A stretch of 58,902 nt of DNA, from the IMG/VR virus record IMGVR_UViG_3300020200_000033, positions 1-58,902 of that record. One strand, 5' to 3'. Below the pieces are notes generated by a model. It was not told the DNA's origin. It ran no database searches and saw only the letters and a list, made by a program, of their open reading frames with translations. Source of the stretch: a virus (lineage: Duplodnaviria > Caudoviricetes). Positions 49,278-57,801 of the stretch are shown one piece after another. The translations under genes were made by a program, and so were the position numbers. The number at the start of each line of letters is the position of its first letter. Positions within the stretch are counted from its first letter, which is position 1.

Positions 49278-49464
49278 AGAAGAAGGCCAAAAACCAAAGC
49301 TATGGAATGTCCAATTTGTTGAAGATTTTGCCGTAATTACGGCAACATCAGTTGAAGCATTGGATGAAGAAGATGCTACGGATGAAGCAATACGAACTCT
49401 TGCAGATTACTATGATATTGATGTTAGTGGTTGGATGTTGAATGATGTTGAGGAAGTATGCTAG
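49255..49464 (+). CDS. Acidic hypothetical protein
   Basis: VEALDEEDA; abutting. Confidence 0.62.
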   Translation: MATKKPSEEEGQKPKLWNVQFVEDFAVITATSVEALDEEDATDEAIRTLADYYDIDVSGWMLNDVEEVC

Positions 49465-49584
49465 GTTTAAACAATCAATTTAAATCGACATTCCCTGAAT
49501 TTACAAAGTTGGTAATCGCTATGTGGATTGCCGGGGCAATAATTGGGGCTTTAATATGGTATTTATATAAGAAAGAAGGATGAA

Positions 49585-49884
49585 ATGGAACGCAAGACAA
49601 TCGTTGACTTGAAGGATTATGCCTTTGAGATAATGAATAATACCAACTCTGCCACAGAGCATTTCTTTTGGAAAGGTCAGTATTTGGCTTATTCTAATGT
49701 GCTGGATATAATTGATGAAAAGATCGAAGAAACAAGGGATATGGCTCAGGAAGATGAATGGGTTAAAATGGCTCAGGAAGATGAATGGGTTAAAAAGCGG
49801 GTTCGAGCAAAGAAACTGCTTGACGCAATCTTTCGGGCTGATGAAATAGGATTAGATGACAAATATGAGTTTAATAATGAGTGA
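49585..49884 (+). CDS. Hypothetical protein with exact 9-aa duplication
   Basis: AAGGA RBS; MAQEDEWVK twice. Confidence 0.65.
   Translation: MERKTIVDLKDYAFEIMNNTNSATEHFFWKGQYLAYSNVLDIIDEKIEETRDMAQEDEWVKMAQEDEWVKKRVRAKKLLDAIFRADEIGLDDKYEFNNE
49741..49794 (+). repeat. Perfect 27-bp tandem duplication
   Basis: ATGGCTCAGGAAGATGAATGGGTTAAA x2. Confidence 0.95.
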
Positions 49885-50071
49885 ACCTTCTTACGATAAC
49901 AGAATAGCACTCGAGCAAACAATTGTTGATTGTTCCAAGTTTTTATGGGGTGATAATTCAACAGAGTATGTGGTTGGCTTATTATCTAGTCTTATAACAA
50001 AAAAACAGTTAGAAGTATTGGCCGAGGCTTTAAAAGCCAAATTGTGGGAGATGCGCAAGGAGATAATGTAA
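49877..50071 (+). CDS. Hypothetical protein
   Basis: Abutting chain. Confidence 0.58.
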   Translation: MSEPSYDNRIALEQTIVDCSKFLWGDNSTEYVVGLLSSLITKKQLEVLAEALKAKLWEMRKEIM

Positions 50072-50090
50072 TTACTATAAGGAGGTATGT

Positions 50091-50348
50091 ATGATAAACA
50101 TAAGAAAGATTATAGATCATTGTATTCTTAACTATTCGCCCGGAGATATGGTGGATATAGAAGATATAATAAATGAGTTAAGGCATTTGAGTGATAATAG
50201 AGAAATTCGGTGGTGTGAAAACGGATGTGGATATAAGCTCCCAGAAGAATATGCCGAAGATGAGACAATTTGCGGGGCTTGTCTAAATGAATTGGAAGAT
50301 ACAAAGCGTCGTATCAAAGCAAAACAAAGAAAAATGCGGGGTAAGTAA
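50091..50348 (+). CDS. Cys-containing hypothetical protein
   Basis: AAGGAGG RBS; CENGC..CGAC. Confidence 0.65.
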   Translation: MINIRKIIDHCILNYSPGDMVDIEDIINELRHLSDNREIRWCENGCGYKLPEEYAEDETICGACLNELEDTKRRIKAKQRKMRGK

Positions 50349-50859
50349 TATGGATTGGGATAAATTAGTATTCTCTATATTTGTAATTGCTATGTTTGTA
50401 GTCGTAGCATTTGATTACTGGAAAGATCAATGAAACCAGAAAGCGGATTGATGAATAAGATCAAAGCATTTATTTGCGGGTTTAAAGAACATAAGTTATC
50501 TGTAACTACACATTATGGAGAAGACTTGATAGAGTGGTACGACAAAGGTAGACAATTGGCATGCCAATTGTTTCGTAGATAGAACTACATCTATTTATAA
50601 GCTTACGTCTCTTTGCAAAGAGGTAAAAAGCGCTCCATAATGCCTATAAATTTAATAATTTATATGGTGTATTATAAAAATATGGGTAAAAATCCACAAA
50701 AAGTAATCAAAAACCTTCACTTTTTCACAAGCCCATATAAAGAGACGGTTTTGACCCAGCATAAAGGGCCGGAAAAGATAAATAATTGAATAAGTGATAG
50801 TACTTAGGTAGGTATAGATGATTATAGAACTGAGATGATTTATCAAAGAACCCGGAACT

Positions 50860-50920
50860 AATTTACTCATACAATTACTCATACAATTTCCCATACAATT
50901 TCTCATACCGATTACTCATT
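50860..50920. repeat. Five degenerate 12-bp tandem repeats
   Basis: AATTWCYCATAC units. Confidence 0.85.
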
Positions 50921-51216
50921 AGATCGAAATTACATCTATGGAATTTGTCAGCGTTAGGGTTGCCTAACTGCCCAGGTAATAGGTGGGGTTATAGATGCCC
51001 CATAAAGGTATTACCTTCACTAAAACATTAGATAAAGAATGAGACAAAAATTTTTACGCACTCCACTGTAATATTACATCGTAATATTACCAACCGTAAT
51101 ATTACAGGGCCCGAAGCTAAAGAATAGATCGCGTATTTGCCGAATTATTTGGTAAAACAAAGCCGGGAGTTAAGCTCGCCCTATGGATCGCGTATTATAT
51201 TTTTTTTAGTTTCAGG

Positions 51217-51245
51217 TTGGTTTTTTTTAGATATGCTGGTAGGCT
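51217..51245 (+). promoter_or_regulatory. Cassette 1 promoter
   Basis: TTGGTT-N17-TAGGCT with TGG extension. Confidence 0.65.
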
Positions 51246-51319
51246 CGTCTCAGCCTTGCGAATAGGCTGAAATAAGTAAAAAAAAAGAAATAACAACAAA
51301 GAAAGAAAAAGGTAGCAAT

Positions 51320-51655
51320 ATGCCAAAGGAAATGGATAACAACAACAACAACGAATTCGAAATCGTGAACGAGAACGATTTGGAATTCACTTCACGTGGG
51401 CGAAAGTCAAAGATTTCCGATAAGGAAGTCCAAAACGTTCGGGTTCAGGTGGAGAAAAACCCAAATGGTTGGGTTCTCTTCAACGCAAAGGCAATTCCTT
51501 CGGGAATGGTTGATGCGAAAGAAATCCGAAACCACAAGGCAACGGTTAGCGCACAAATTCGCCAATTGGCAAAGAAATTGGGAATGAGTGTCGCAATTCG
51601 TTGGCACAAAGGTACAATTCCAGCCGCGAAATTCGGCAAGGGAAAAACCAAATAA
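51320..51655 (+). CDS. Cassette 1: small basic RGRKS-family protein
   Basis: EFEIVNENDLEFTSRGRKS..KATVSAQIRQLAKKLG..GTIP. Confidence 0.8.
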   Translation: MPKEMDNNNNNEFEIVNENDLEFTSRGRKSKISDKEVQNVRVQVEKNPNGWVLFNAKAIPSGMVDAKEIRNHKATVSAQIRQLAKKLGMSVAIRWHKGTIPAAKFGKGKTK

Positions 51656-51705
51656 TTCCGTAAGGAATTGACATAGCCTATTCGCAAGTCTAAGAATAAA
51701 GAATT

Positions 51706-51737
51706 GGGTGGGGAGAAATCTCCACCCTTTTTCTTTT
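51706..51737 (+). terminator. Intrinsic terminator
   Basis: GGGTGGGGA-GAAA-TCTCCACCC-TTTTTCTTTT. Confidence 0.88.
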
Positions 51738-52191
51738 GTATTGTGTCGAGTCCCGGATAAAACATTAGCTAAAACGCGATCTTTTTTTTTATTTTACAAC
51801 GGTGTAATATTACACTGTAATTTTACCGGCCATAAGGATAACCATAAAGATGAAATGTAAAATTACCAATTGGATAAAGGTTCACAACGAGCTTACCAAA
51901 TTGATTAGGATAAAGATTATTAAATTGTTGAGAGCCGGTGTAATATTACGATGGTTGTAATGTTACGGAAGCGTAACATTACACCCACGAAACATTACAT
52001 AAAGTATTCCATAAAGGTAATATTACCGCTAAGGAATAAGCACACTAAAAGTCTAAAAGAATGCTGTATTATTACCGTTGGTAATATTACGCTGGTTCGC
52101 ACAAAAAAAATCGGCCGGCGTAACTTTACGATCGTGTAAGTCAACGCCGGGGCAGTTGTGGTACGGGGCAGTTATGGTACACCGACAGAGC

Positions 52192-52264
52192 AAAAAAAAA
52201 TCGCCTAGCGATTGCGTAGTACAAGCGTGGTTAGTGCTTGTAAAACTACGCAACCGCTAGACGA
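52192..52264 (-). terminator. Long hairpin terminator of cassette 2
   Basis: 20-bp stem with G-U pairs on the minus strand followed by T9. Confidence 0.75.
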
Positions 52265-52363
52265 CCTGCTGTTGCCACCCAAAGGCTATGTCGGTTGCCA
52301 ACCCGACTAGTACTAAGAGCCGTAAGACGTTATCTTACAGAGATGTTAGCAATCGCTAGACGG

Positions 52364-52672
52364 TCACTTGCGTGAGCGTGAACGCAGACGCACGGTAGGG
52401 ATACCGTCGACCGTGAACTTGATGTCCACGACGACCCCCGCCTGCTTGCCTGCTGAGCGCAACTGTGCCGACACCGTAGCCTTACGGCTCTTGTCGGTCA
52501 AGTCAACACGCAACTTCTTGATTGTCAAAACTTGCCCTGGGGTAAGTTTTCCAATCATCGCAACGATGGCGGGGTCGGCTTGCGACTTCCTGCCACGGCG
52601 AGCGAAGTTGAGTTCGCTCTCGTTCACAATCTCAAACTCGTGGTCGTCAGCGTTGCCCGTGTTCTTGGACAT
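52364..52672 (-). CDS. Cassette 2: small basic RGRKS-family protein
   Basis: EFEIVNESELNFARRGRKS..KATVSAQLRSAGKQAG..GIPTV; GAAAGG RBS. Confidence 0.8.
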   Translation of the reverse strand: MSKNTGNADDHEFEIVNESELNFARRGRKSQADPAIVAMIGKLTPGQVLTIKKLRVDLTDKSRKATVSAQLRSAGKQAGVVVDIKFTVDGIPTVRLRSRSRK

Positions 52673-52921
52673 CGTTGTAACCTTTCGTGTGAGTAAGGGA
52701 ACTAACGGATAAGAACAGTAGTACCACTACTGCCCCTTGCTGTAAGTTTTGGTAGCCGTGTTCGTTACCTTACACGGCACTAGGGTTCGCTGACTGCCTA
52801 GCAATCCCACACTTGTGGTAAAGTTACCACACCATCACACCACGACCTAGCCGATGCTCGGCGGTAAAGTTACCGCCCGCCTACTAGGTTGACCGTGGTA
52901 CGGGTCAAGATGGCAAGAGCC

Positions 52922-52965
52922 ATTCTATCAGCCGATTGGCGAACCCCAACACGAACAGACGTTCG
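52922..52965 (-). promoter_or_regulatory. Cassette 2 promoter with LexA (SOS) box
   Basis: CGAACAGACGTTCG (52952-52965)-TG-TTGGGG-N16-TAGAAT. Confidence 0.72.
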
Positions 52966-53211
52966 CAAAAGAACCCATAAAGTTGACTGATTAGGTCGGG
53001 TATTAGCTGAAAGATTGGATTAGATAATGATCGTAAAGTAGCACGGCCGTAAAATTACGTTTGATTTCATAAAAGTTTTCCGGCCGTAAGATTACATTAG
53101 AATCGCGTACTCAAGTAATCTTACATGTGTGTATTGTTACAGTGGGCGTAATCTTACAGTCAGTGTAAGATTACGCCCCCCGTAATATTACCGAAAAATT
53201 AGGCGTAAGAA

Positions 53212-53243
53212 TACTCCCAGCGCCTGCCACTAGCGCTGGGAGT
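53212..53243 (-). terminator. Hairpin terminator of cassette 3
   Basis: TACTCCCAGCGC..GCGCTGGGAGTA just past the stop. Confidence 0.7.
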
Positions 53244-53263
53244 AAACTTACAGCCTTGCCAGA

Positions 53264-53551
53264 TTAGGCGAGAGTCACTTGGGGGATACCTGACGGACTC
53301 CACCCAATGCGAACCTTCTTACCTGCCTGCTTGCCTGCCTGACGGATAGTGGCACTGTGCTTTGCCTTCTCCGTTTTTGCCTTCGGGCTATTCGGGCTCA
53401 CTGCCATTGACTTTATGACTAGTGCCTTACCTTTGGTGAGGGATGAGATACCCTTCACCAATTCTGGGGATACTTGGGACTTGCGCCCACGCTTTGAGAA
53501 TTGTAGCGAGTCTTCACTCACTACCTCAAAGTCATCCTTACTCGTTGCCAT
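53264..53551 (-). CDS. Cassette 3: small basic RGRKS-family protein
   Basis: DFEVVSEDSLQFSKRGRKS..SATIRQAGKQAG..GIPQV; GAGGAG RBS. Confidence 0.8.
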   Translation of the reverse strand: MATSKDDFEVVSEDSLQFSKRGRKSQVSPELVKGISSLTKGKALVIKSMAVSPNSPKAKTEKAKHSATIRQAGKQAGKKVRIGWSPSGIPQVTLA

Positions 53552-53606
53552 TGTTGCCTTCTCCTCTGGAACCCTACTTCTTTTTCGGGCTCCGTTGTTA
53601 GATACC

Positions 53607-53635
53607 AAACTACTCCCGATACCGAACCTTTGCTA
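53607..53635 (-). promoter_or_regulatory. Cassette 3 promoter
   Basis: TAGCAA-N17-TAGTTT; near-consensus SOS box CGAACAAGTGTTTG at 53760-53773. Confidence 0.55.
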
Positions 53636-54006
53636 TTGGAGCGTCAGTCAGTACCCCCAAAAACCCCAATAAAAACAAGGGTTTTTGAGAGTGTGCCAAA
53701 AGTCACACCGAATTGGTTGTGTAGTTTTAGGCAAGTTGGAAAACCTACGCAGTCAATGGCGAACAAGTGTTTGCCACCATAAAGTAGCATTGTCGTAAAA
53801 TTACTTAGGTATTGGTTTCATAAAGTTTCCCGGCTGTAAAGTTACATAAACATACTCAATTTTCCCTGTATGATCGTAATGTTACTGAGGGCGTAACTTT
53901 ACGAACTCGTAAAGTTACGCCCGCGTAATATTACTTGATGACAGGCTGTAAAATTACGCCGGGGCTGGTTGCCCAACTTTGACGTAACTTTACTAGGCGA
54001 GTAACT

Positions 54007-54438
54007 TTACTCGGCTGTAACTTCTACTTCTGCCAAGCCCTTGATATATTGGTCGCACATCACCCAAAGAGTGTGCGTATTGTTACACTCATCACAGTCG
54101 CAACCCTGAGCGTACTTCTCAAACAGACTATGCCAAGTGTTCAGCATATCCGCAAACATCATCAGGTAAGAATACTCACGTGTCAGATTAGTACCGCCTT
54201 CGTTGGCGTGGTTCGTTGCGAATGTTAGCAATCCACGACGGTAGAAGTCTGCCCGTACCCGCTTGTCGTGTTCGTCAGGTTGGATATTCCAGATACCTAG
54301 GCGTAAACTTACGTGCCTAGCGTACTCACCTACTTCACGTCCGCACTCACGCACGGCTAGACGGAACTCCGTCTGTGTAAGCGGTCGGATGAAGTACGGT
54401 TCGTCGGGGTTCGGGCTGATTGGGTTGTCGTTGTTCAC
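54007..54438 (-). CDS. Cassette 4: helical protein with CDCDEC motif
   Basis: AAGGA RBS, own promoter, stop codon inside a GTAA box. Confidence 0.75.
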   Translation of the reverse strand: MNNDNPISPNPDEPYFIRPLTQTEFRLAVRECGREVGEYARHVSLRLGIWNIQPDEHDKRVRADFYRRGLLTFATNHANEGGTNLTREYSYLMMFADMLNTWHSLFEKYAQGCDCDECNNTHTLWVMCDQYIKGLAEVEVTAE

Positions 54439-54488
54439 TTGTGTATCCTTACGTGAGCCATATCATCGGCGGGGTTGCCGACGGGTTC

Positions 54489-54535
54489 AGTCTACCACCC
54501 CCCCGGACGCGTTCCAACAGTCCCAAGAATGGTAC
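54489..54535 (-). promoter_or_regulatory. Cassette 4 promoter with RTMCCA-N4-TGGKAY operator
   Basis: GTACCATTCTTGGGAC-TG-TTGGAA-N17-TAGACT. Confidence 0.75.
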
Positions 54536-54735
54536 TTTGTATTATTACATTAGATCATCTACCATAAAGATTTGGCCATTGTAATGTTACAATTGTGTAC
54601 TCCATAATGTTTATAAATGCGTAATATTACTACGGGCGTAAGATTTCAAAACCCCCAAATCTTACGCCCGCGTAATATTACAGTGCATAGAATGTAAAGT
54701 TACACCGGGGACTAAGGATTAGTTTTGGTGTAACT

Positions 54736-55161
54736 TTACTGCGCTGTAATGATTTCAGCGCTTGCGAGTAACTTTACAAAGAACTTTATGGCTTCGCCGT
54801 GAACCATAACGGTAGAACAAACATCACAATCACAGTTTTCTGTATTGTTACACGTCTGTTCAATTTCTTGCATTATCGCAACATTGTCTAGGAAGTTTGC
54901 TAGCACTTCAAGCGTCAATGGTGATTGCGCTGGAATGTTACTGAGTTGCCCGTCAAGTTGTATTCTTACACGACTTATCTTGTGCCCTAAGTCAATGTTG
55001 GCTTCAACCTGAGCGGTAAACTTACGGGTAAGTTCTTCACTCGGTGGTGTCTCGTCTTCGTCAAGTCTGAGTAAGACTACCTCGCAGTAGGTATTGAATG
55101 AACGACCTAGCGCTTGCCATAGCGCTACCCATTCATCACTCGTCATTCGTTCCACTCTCAT
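54736..55161 (-). CDS. Cassette 5: helical protein with CDCDVC motif (likely paralog of cassette 4)
   Basis: MTSDEWVALW..; leader identical to cassette 6. Confidence 0.75.
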   Translation of the reverse strand: MRVERMTSDEWVALWQALGRSFNTYCEVVLLRLDEDETPPSEELTRKFTAQVEANIDLGHKISRVRIQLDGQLSNIPAQSPLTLEVLANFLDNVAIMQEIEQTCNNTENCDCDVCSTVMVHGEAIKFFVKLLASAEIITAQ

Positions 55162-55210
55162 TGGTGTAATCTTTCTGTGAGTATTTCATCGACCCTTTGC
55201 CGATACGTTC

Positions 55211-55257
55211 ATCATAGCAGCCCTAGAAATGGCTTCCAACCATACCAAGAATGGTAC
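55211..55257 (-). promoter_or_regulatory. Cassette 5 promoter with the same operator
   Basis: GTACCATTCTTGGTAT-GG-TTGGAA-N17-TATGAT. Confidence 0.75.
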
Positions 55258-55426
55258 TTTGTATTGTTACGCGATCACCTGATTACATTATCCACCATAA
55301 AGGATTGGCCATTGTAATGTTACAATTGCGCATTCCATAATGTTTATAAGTGTGTAATGTTACTGCGGGTGTAAGGATTGAACCCCCCCAATCCTTACAC
55401 CCGCGTAATATTACCTGGATCAATTT

Positions 55427-55472
55427 GTAAAATTACGCCGGGGCTAGTTTCCTAGCCCTGACGTAACTTTAC
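55427..55472 (-). terminator. Hairpin built from two GTAA boxes after the cassette 6 stop
   Basis: 21-bp stem, GAAA tetraloop on the minus strand; homologues at 53948, 54694, 56985. Confidence 0.6.
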
Positions 55473-55484
55473 TGCGCCGTAAGT

Positions 55485-55856
55485 CTACGAGTTGGCAAGG
55501 CGGGCAATTGCGTCTTTGGCGAGCAAGTACCCTTCTTTCAATTCTTCCGTAGGTGTCAGATTACGGGTTAGGTAAGAGTAGTGCCACTCCACGATGTCTA
55601 GCATCTTGGCGAGATACTCAAACGAGTCTGCCGACCTTGCTGTAACACTACCAGACTCTAACGCTTCCGCAATTTCTACTCCCTGTGTTGCCATCTGTGT
55701 ACCATCAATGGCATCACACAACAATTGCTCAACATTGTCTTTAGTTACGGGGACGTCATTTTCGACGGTCAACGCAACTCTAATTGAGAATTCGGCAACG
55801 AGAAAGCAAGCGAAGCGCATCACCGTTAGCCATTCTTCCTTATTCATTTCTTCCAT
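55485..55856 (-). CDS. Cassette 6: helical protein (likely paralog of cassettes 4-5)
   Basis: MNKEEWLTVM..; leader TACTCACAGAAAGATTACACCAATG shared with cassette 5. Confidence 0.75.
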   Translation of the reverse strand: MEEMNKEEWLTVMRFACFLVAEFSIRVALTVENDVPVTKDNVEQLLCDAIDGTQMATQGVEIAEALESGSVTARSADSFEYLAKMLDIVEWHYSYLTRNLTPTEELKEGYLLAKDAIARLANS

Positions 55857-55905
55857 TGGTGTAATCTTTCTGTGAGTAGTTGTCCTGCCTATTGGCATTA
55901 CCCAT

Positions 55906-55952
55906 AGTCTACCACGCCCGGTAATCGCTTCCAACTATCCCATAAATGGTAT
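55906..55952 (-). promoter_or_regulatory. Cassette 6 promoter with the same operator
   Basis: ATACCATTTATGGGAT-AG-TTGGAA-N17-TAGACT. Confidence 0.75.
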
Positions 55953-56204
55953 TTTGTATTATTACGTTGAGTCAAAAGTAATATTACGTTTACATAAAGA
56001 CACTAAATTTGTAAAGTATCTTGCCTGTAATCTTACGGGTGTGGCGCGGGGGGTTTAGGCGCGCCACACCCGCCCGTAATGTTACCCATAAAGAAGTAAA
56101 TCCACTAAAATTACACAGCCGTAATACATAGCCCGCTTGGTAATATTACATAACATCAAAGCTATGCGCTAACTATTGTTAGCGGGCCGATAACAAAAGT
56201 ATCT

Positions 56205-56251
56205 GTACCATTTTTGGGATAGTTGTGGGTAAGGTTTTGGGCTGGTAGGCT
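56205..56251 (+). promoter_or_regulatory. Cassette 7 promoter with the same operator
   Basis: GTACCATTTTTGGGAT-AG-TTGTGG-N17-TAGGCT. Confidence 0.72.
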
Positions 56252-56300
56252 ATGGGCAACGGATTACGAAGGGTAGTCCCCAAACAAAGGATAAAACAAA

Positions 56301-56741
56301 GTGAAAAAAAAGAAGGTAACAAAGGCAACAACGGCAAAGGCAAAGGCATTTGCCAAAAAACTTAGTACCAAAATTGGTACTGCCAACAAGGTACTAGCAA
56401 AAATCCCAGCCAAACCCATTTACGATAGCGAGTATCTAAACCTTGCTATTGGCAAGGCACTAAATGGAATTGCTATGCCAGCAGACAAAAATGCTCGTGA
56501 GTGGTGCGCCGATAACGGTGTCGTTGTGGATGTACGCAAAATGGTACACGAAAACAAAGAAGGCAAAGTGTCGTGCTTGCGACCCGAAAACACGGTACGC
56601 CAGCGTTTAGAGACACTTAGCAGGGTAGATAGTCGGATAGCAAAAGTGGCGTACTGTCGCAAATTGGTAAATGGTACTAGTGACGCTTGCGACCCAACAA
56701 ACAACGATGCTTACCTAGTTTTCATTTACCTAACTAAGTAA
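56301..56741 (+). CDS. Cassette 7: basic RPENTVR-family protein
   Basis: AREWC..VH.N..VS..RPENTVRQR; AAGGA RBS. Confidence 0.8.
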   Translation: MKKKKVTKATTAKAKAFAKKLSTKIGTANKVLAKIPAKPIYDSEYLNLAIGKALNGIAMPADKNAREWCADNGVVVDVRKMVHENKEGKVSCLRPENTVRQRLETLSRVDSRIAKVAYCRKLVNGTSDACDPTNNDAYLVFIYLTK

Positions 56742-56755
56742 GTAGTACCAAAAAA

Positions 56756-56787
56756 GACACGGGGCAGAAATGCCCCGTGTTTTTTTT
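56756..56787 (+). terminator. Intrinsic (possibly bidirectional) terminator
   Basis: ACACGGGGCA-GAAA-TGCCCCGTGT followed by a T run; A run upstream. Confidence 0.9.
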
Positions 56788-57038
56788 GTATCCTATGATG
56801 TCCCATAAAGGGTACGGCCTTATAAAATTACATTATGTACCACAAATGGTACATAGGTGTAATATTACAAACTCATACTAAAAAAAATAAGAATAGGAAC
56901 CATTCTCAAACGGGTGTGTCAGAAACGCTGGCGCTGTCTGCTCCACCCGCGTAAGATTACCGTGTAATATTACCTATATGGCTTGTAAAGTTACGCCGGG
57001 GCGGGGGGTTCCCCAGCGTAACTTTACTGCTGTGTTAT

Positions 57039-57347
57039 TTAACTGTTGCCCCAATCGCAACCGTTATCGTCATCGGCATCGCAAGTCATCCAGACATACC
57101 CGCATTCGGTAGTCTCATCTTCGGTAAAGTGACAGAACTTGCAGGGTAGCATCCCCTCATCGTAATGGTAGTGCTTGCGATACCAAGCACGGATTCCGAC
57201 TAGCGATGCCATACGCTGACGGTCAGTATCGGTGGATTGCTCTATCCATTCCCACTCTTCGGGTGTAAACTTACTTGCGTCAATGATGACCAAGTTATCG
57301 GCAGAACCATAAGTCCCGTCAGTTGTGAAGTAATATTTCCTAGTCAC
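57039..57347 (-). CDS. Cassette 8: acidic Cys-rich hypothetical protein
   Basis: YFTTDGTYGSADNLVIIDAS..; GAAAGG RBS. Confidence 0.75.
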   Translation of the reverse strand: MTRKYYFTTDGTYGSADNLVIIDASKFTPEEWEWIEQSTDTDRQRMASLVGIRAWYRKHYHYDEGMLPCKFCHFTEDETTECGYVWMTCDADDDNGCDWGNS

Positions 57348-57397
57348 GTTGTAAAGTTACCTTTCTCGTGGTTGAGTGTACCTATTGGCACGCCATT

Positions 57398-57442
57398 AGT
57401 CTATCGGATATCCAATAGCCTTGCAACACGAACAGATGTTCG
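57398..57442 (-). promoter_or_regulatory. Cassette 8 promoter with LexA (SOS) box
   Basis: CGAACAGATGTTCG (57429-57442)-TG-TTGCAA-N17-TAGACT. Confidence 0.8.
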
Positions 57443-57744
57443 CTTTATGGCTGGTTTATGGGAATGATTCTCATAAAGGATTATGCTGTGTAAACTTACA
57501 TTAAAGAAATGAGGCTTATGTAATATTACGCCAGTCAAAAGTATTCTATTAGTATCTCATAAAGAAATAAACACACTAAACTTACCCGATCGTAACCTTA
57601 TAACCCGCTTGGTAACATTACACAGAGCGGGACATAAATGGTACGGGACAAGAATGGTACACTTCACCGATCGCGCCTAGTCGACGTGGCAGAAAGAGAA
57701 AGAACCCCGTACCATTCTCGGTACGGAGTTCGGCTGACTATCGG

Positions 57745-57783
57745 TAGAAACAGAAAGAGCCCGACTCTTGCGAGTCGGGCTCT
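57745..57783 (-). terminator. Intrinsic terminator of cassette 9
   Basis: AGAGCCCGACTC-GCAA-GAGTCGGGCTCT-TTCTGTTTCT. Confidence 0.82.
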
Positions 57784-57801
57784 CTCTTGCGAGAGTGTCT
57801 C

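Noticed and set aside
50652-50906. 84-aa minus-strand ORF
   Set aside because: Arises from the 12-bp repeat; no RBS and an implausible composition
52368-55875. + strand ORFs 52368, 53349, 54263 and 55594
   Set aside because: Shadows of minus-strand genes that have promoters, RBSs, terminators and paralogs
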